Shown in pieces: positions 31,887 to 33,663 of a stretch of 33,663 bases of DNA. A program made the position numbers and the translations under genes. The stretch lies in contig CAYSQK010000001.1 in the NCBI GenBank assembly GCA_964433075.1, positions 1 through 33,663 of the forward strand, given 5' to 3'. The notes under the pieces were generated by a model. The model was not told where the DNA came from. It searched no databases and worked only from the letters and a program-made list of their open reading frames with translations. Source of the DNA: an uncultured Dehalococcoidales bacterium (GTDB lineage: Bacteria > Chloroflexota > Dehalococcoidia > Dehalococcoidales > UBA2162). The number at the start of each line of letters is the position of its first letter. Positions within the stretch are counted from its first letter, which is position 1.

Positions 31887-33422
31887 CTACGCTGAAGCCT
31901 TGTTGGAAGCGGTAAAATCATCAGTGTCTTCCAGCTGCAGCCGCTCGGCCATTTTTCGGAAATGGAAACCGAAGACGGCCAGGCTGACGGAAAGCGGGAA
32001 TGCCCGCGGTTTTTTGAACAGAGTGGAGAGAATTAGTTTCCAGTAATACCGGCGTCCCTTGTCCCGGATGCCGAGAATCCAGACCGATTTGAAAAACCCT
32101 TCGATGAGGTGGAACTTGAACTGGGACATTTTTCCGATTTTCGGAGGGTTATACTCGGCGAGGAAGGTTTTCACCCGTTCGTAATAGTGTTTCGGGGAAT
32201 ATATGGTGTTAACGATTGTATGATAGCCCTTGACCAGCGCTTCCTTGTTCATTTTCGGAATGAAGTTCATCGAAAAATCGGTGTTATCGCCGGACATGTC
32301 ATCAAGCAGCCGGTTTTCTTTCAGCATCCGGTGGTACAATTTTGTGCCCTTCGGTGCGTTGAGAAGACCGACCATGGCAGTGACGATGCCGCTGTTCTGG
32401 ATGAAGGTAATCTGGTTTTTGAAAATGGTCGCCGGGTCGCTGTCGAAACCGACGATGAAACCGCCCTGGACTTCGAACCCGTGGTTCTGAAGCGTCTTGA
32501 CGGCACTCGTTAAATCCTTGCCTTTATTAGGAATCTTGTTGCATTCCTTGAGACTCTCTTCATTCGGTGTTTCGATGCCGATGAATACCCTGTCGAAATT
32601 GGCATCCGCCATCATCTGCATCAGGTCTTCGTCATCAGCCAGGTTAATCGATACCTCCGTGAAGTACGAGAACGGGTATTTGTGCTCCTTTGACCATTTG
32701 ATAATAGTCGGCAGGGTTTCTGCCTTCAGTTTTTTCTTGTTGCCGATAAAGTTGTCATCGACGATGAATACACCGCCTTTCCAGCCGGCTTTAAGGACAG
32801 CATCGAGTTCGGCAATCATCTGCTCGTGTCCTTTGGTGCGGGGTATATGGCCGTTCAGAATGACGATGTCGCAGAATTCGCAGTCGAACGGGCAGCCTCG
32901 TGAGTATTGTATACTCAGCGAAGAGTAATGTTTCAGGTTGATGAGCGACCACATCGGAACAGGCGTATTCTCGATACCCGGCCGGTCGCCGGTTTCGTAG
33001 ATATGCTTTGCCTCACCTCTGGCCAGGTCGTCGAGGAACGGCTGAAGGGTTGACTCTGCTTCGCCGAGGACGAAATGGTCGACGCCCATTCCCTCGAACT
33101 CATCGTATCCGGTGGTGAACAGCGGACCGCCGCAGATAGTCTTTCGGTTCAGGGTACGGCAGCGGGTAATAACGTCTTTCACAGACGCTTTCTGGACCAC
33201 CATGGCGCTGATAAACACGTAATCCGCCCACAGGATGTCCTTGTCGGTGAGGGGGGTGACGTTCATATCGATAACTTTCTTTTCCCACTCTTCGGGAAGC
33301 ATCGAGGCAACGGTGAGTAAACCGAGGGGAGGGAAGGCGGCTTTCTTGGAGATGAACTTGAGGGCGTGAGTAAAACTCCAGAACGTTTCAGGGTAGCTTG
33401 GGTATACCATTAAAATCTTCAC
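31887..33422 (-). CDS. B12-binding-domain radical SAM protein (class B, DUF4070-type C-terminus)
   Basis: I chose the start at GTG 33422, 6 nt after AAGGAG, giving (M)KILMVYPSYPETFWSF. This is typical of the family. It is followed by the B12-domain region PPLGLLTVASML and the radical SAM cluster motif YSRGCPFDCEFCD (CxxxCxxC). The track ORF extends to 33461. Confidence 0.8.
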   Translation of the reverse strand: MKILMVYPSYPETFWSFTHALKFISKKAAFPPLGLLTVASMLPEEWEKKVIDMNVTPLTDKDILWADYVFISAMVVQKASVKDVITRCRTLNRKTICGGPLFTTGYDEFEGMGVDHFVLGEAESTLQPFLDDLARGEAKHIYETGDRPGIENTPVPMWSLINLKHYSSLSIQYSRGCPFDCEFCDIVILNGHIPRTKGHEQMIAELDAVLKAGWKGGVFIVDDNFIGNKKKLKAETLPTIIKWSKEHKYPFSYFTEVSINLADDEDLMQMMADANFDRVFIGIETPNEESLKECNKIPNKGKDLTSAVKTLQNHGFEVQGGFIVGFDSDPATIFKNQITFIQNSGIVTAMVGLLNAPKGTKLYHRMLKENRLLDDMSGDNTDFSMNFIPKMNKEALVKGYHTIVNTIYSPKHYYERVKTFLAEYNPPKIGKMSQFKFHLIEGFFKSVWILGIRDKGRRYYWKLILSTLFKKPRAFPLSVSLAVFGFHFRKMAERLQLEDTDDFTASNKASA

Positions 33423-33572
33423 AAGCAACTCCTTTACAAAAAAATCAAAGCGGTCGGGCATTCAAGTATTCGTGTTGAATTGTCTTACCGCTTTATTCTT
33501 GTCATAAAATAAAATATTACCGTAATAGTACCGTTGATACGCTCGTTTGTCAACCCGTCGAGATAAAATTCC

Positions 33573-33601
33573 TTGACACTGCAGGAGGGGCAGGGTATAC
33601 T
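33573..33601 (+). promoter_or_regulatory. Near-consensus sigma70 promoter for the tRNA gene
   Basis: TTGACA (33573-33578), exactly 17 nt, TATACT (33596-33601). The mature tRNA 5' end lies 12 nt downstream. Confidence 0.6.
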
Positions 33602-33612
33602 CAATAGGGTGA

Positions 33613-33663
33613 CGCGGGGTAGAGCAGTGGCAGCTCGTCGGGCTCATAACCCGGAGGTCGCAG
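33613..33663 (+). tRNA. Initiator tRNA-Met (fMet, anticodon CAT), 5' two-thirds only; truncated by the window edge
   Basis: CGCGGGGTAGAGCAGTGGCAGCTCGTCGGGCTCATAACCCGGAGGTCGCAG closely resembles bacterial tRNA-fMet. It has C1 at the 5' end, three G:C pairs closing the anticodon stem (GGG/CCC), and CAT at 33645-33647. Confidence 0.85.

Noticed and set aside
33423-33461. Longer N-terminal versions of several track ORFs: radical SAM to 33461, SDR to 7096, SDR to 12892, bicupin C to 19054, cyclophilin from 19768, VOC from 20276, Isf to 15199.
   Set aside because: In each case an internal start has a properly spaced GGAGG-type RBS, or a promoter in the Isf case, and yields the N-terminus typical of the family. 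The extensions add non-homologous residues or overlap neighbouring genes or terminators.
33462-33647. A 61-aa reverse-strand ORF next to the radical SAM gene.
   Set aside because: It overlaps the near-consensus tRNA promoter and the 5' part of the tRNA-fMet gene, and it has no RBS.
30799-33663. A tyrosine recombinase within 2 kb of a tRNA gene, raising the possibility of an integrative element or genomic island boundary.
   Set aside because: The recombinase has the housekeeping XerD-type N-terminus and catalytic region and is co-oriented and tightly packed with pcm. A radical SAM gene with its own terminator separates it from the tRNA. The tRNA reads away from it, and its 3' end, the usual att site, lies outside the window. 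No phage or conjugation genes and no direct repeats are visible.
1-33663. A search by eye for CRISPR arrays, tandem repeats, IS-element inverted repeats and transposases.
   Set aside because: I saw no regularly spaced direct repeats and no transposase or integrase-like ORFs other than XerD. The only repeats are short promoter motifs, the 10-nt AAGACCTGTT pair, and terminator stems. An exhaustive computational repeat search was not possible.

Overview
The window is 33.7 kb of densely packed, apparently chromosomal bacterial DNA, roughly 50-55% GC by eye. GGAGG-type ribosome-binding sites are consistent throughout, and many gene pairs are separated by clear hairpin/T-run terminators. The gene content looks like an anaerobe, possibly Chloroflexota-like: iron-sulfur flavoprotein, B12-binding radical SAM, nitroreductase, URO-D-family protein, ETF. 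Taxonomy cannot be settled from this window alone.

I support 36 CDS, one of them truncated at the left edge and absent from the ORF track. I also support one partial initiator tRNA-Met at the right edge, 8 intrinsic terminators and a set of sigma70-like promoters.

Gene order, left to right:
- partial PAS sensor
- fatty-acid kinase module: degV, then degV-fakA/yloV
- operon bicupin-SDR-enolase superfamily-cupin
- xylose-isomerase-like TIM barrel
- MFS transporter plus ywbE
- ornithine cyclodeaminase/mu-crystallin family protein
- long SDR
- NYN+LOTUS predicted RNase
- flavodoxin-like reductase plus iron-sulfur flavoprotein
- extended URO-D-family protein
- small RNase H-like exonuclease
- SDR
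- third (bi)cupin
- hypothetical protein
- cyclophilin, VOC protein, plsY
- PIG-L deacetylase, PAP2-like membrane protein
- prfA-prmC
- etfBA
- EF-G paralogue
- nitroreductase, pcm, small membrane protein, xerD
- orphan B12-radical SAM
- tRNA-fMet

I see no CRISPR array, transposase, phage genes, toxin-antitoxin pair or recognisable defence system.

The best candidate for something undescribed is an unrecognised cupin family present as three paralogues within 15 kb. Each paralogue lies next to an SDR gene (B directly upstream of one, A two genes downstream of the same one, C convergent with another). Two are bicupins with the intact metal site on opposite halves, and one sits in a self-contained operon with an MLE-type enolase-superfamily enzyme. 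This is a metabolic candidate whose substrate cannot be read from the sequence.

All functional calls are from my own motif and pattern recognition. No database search was run.
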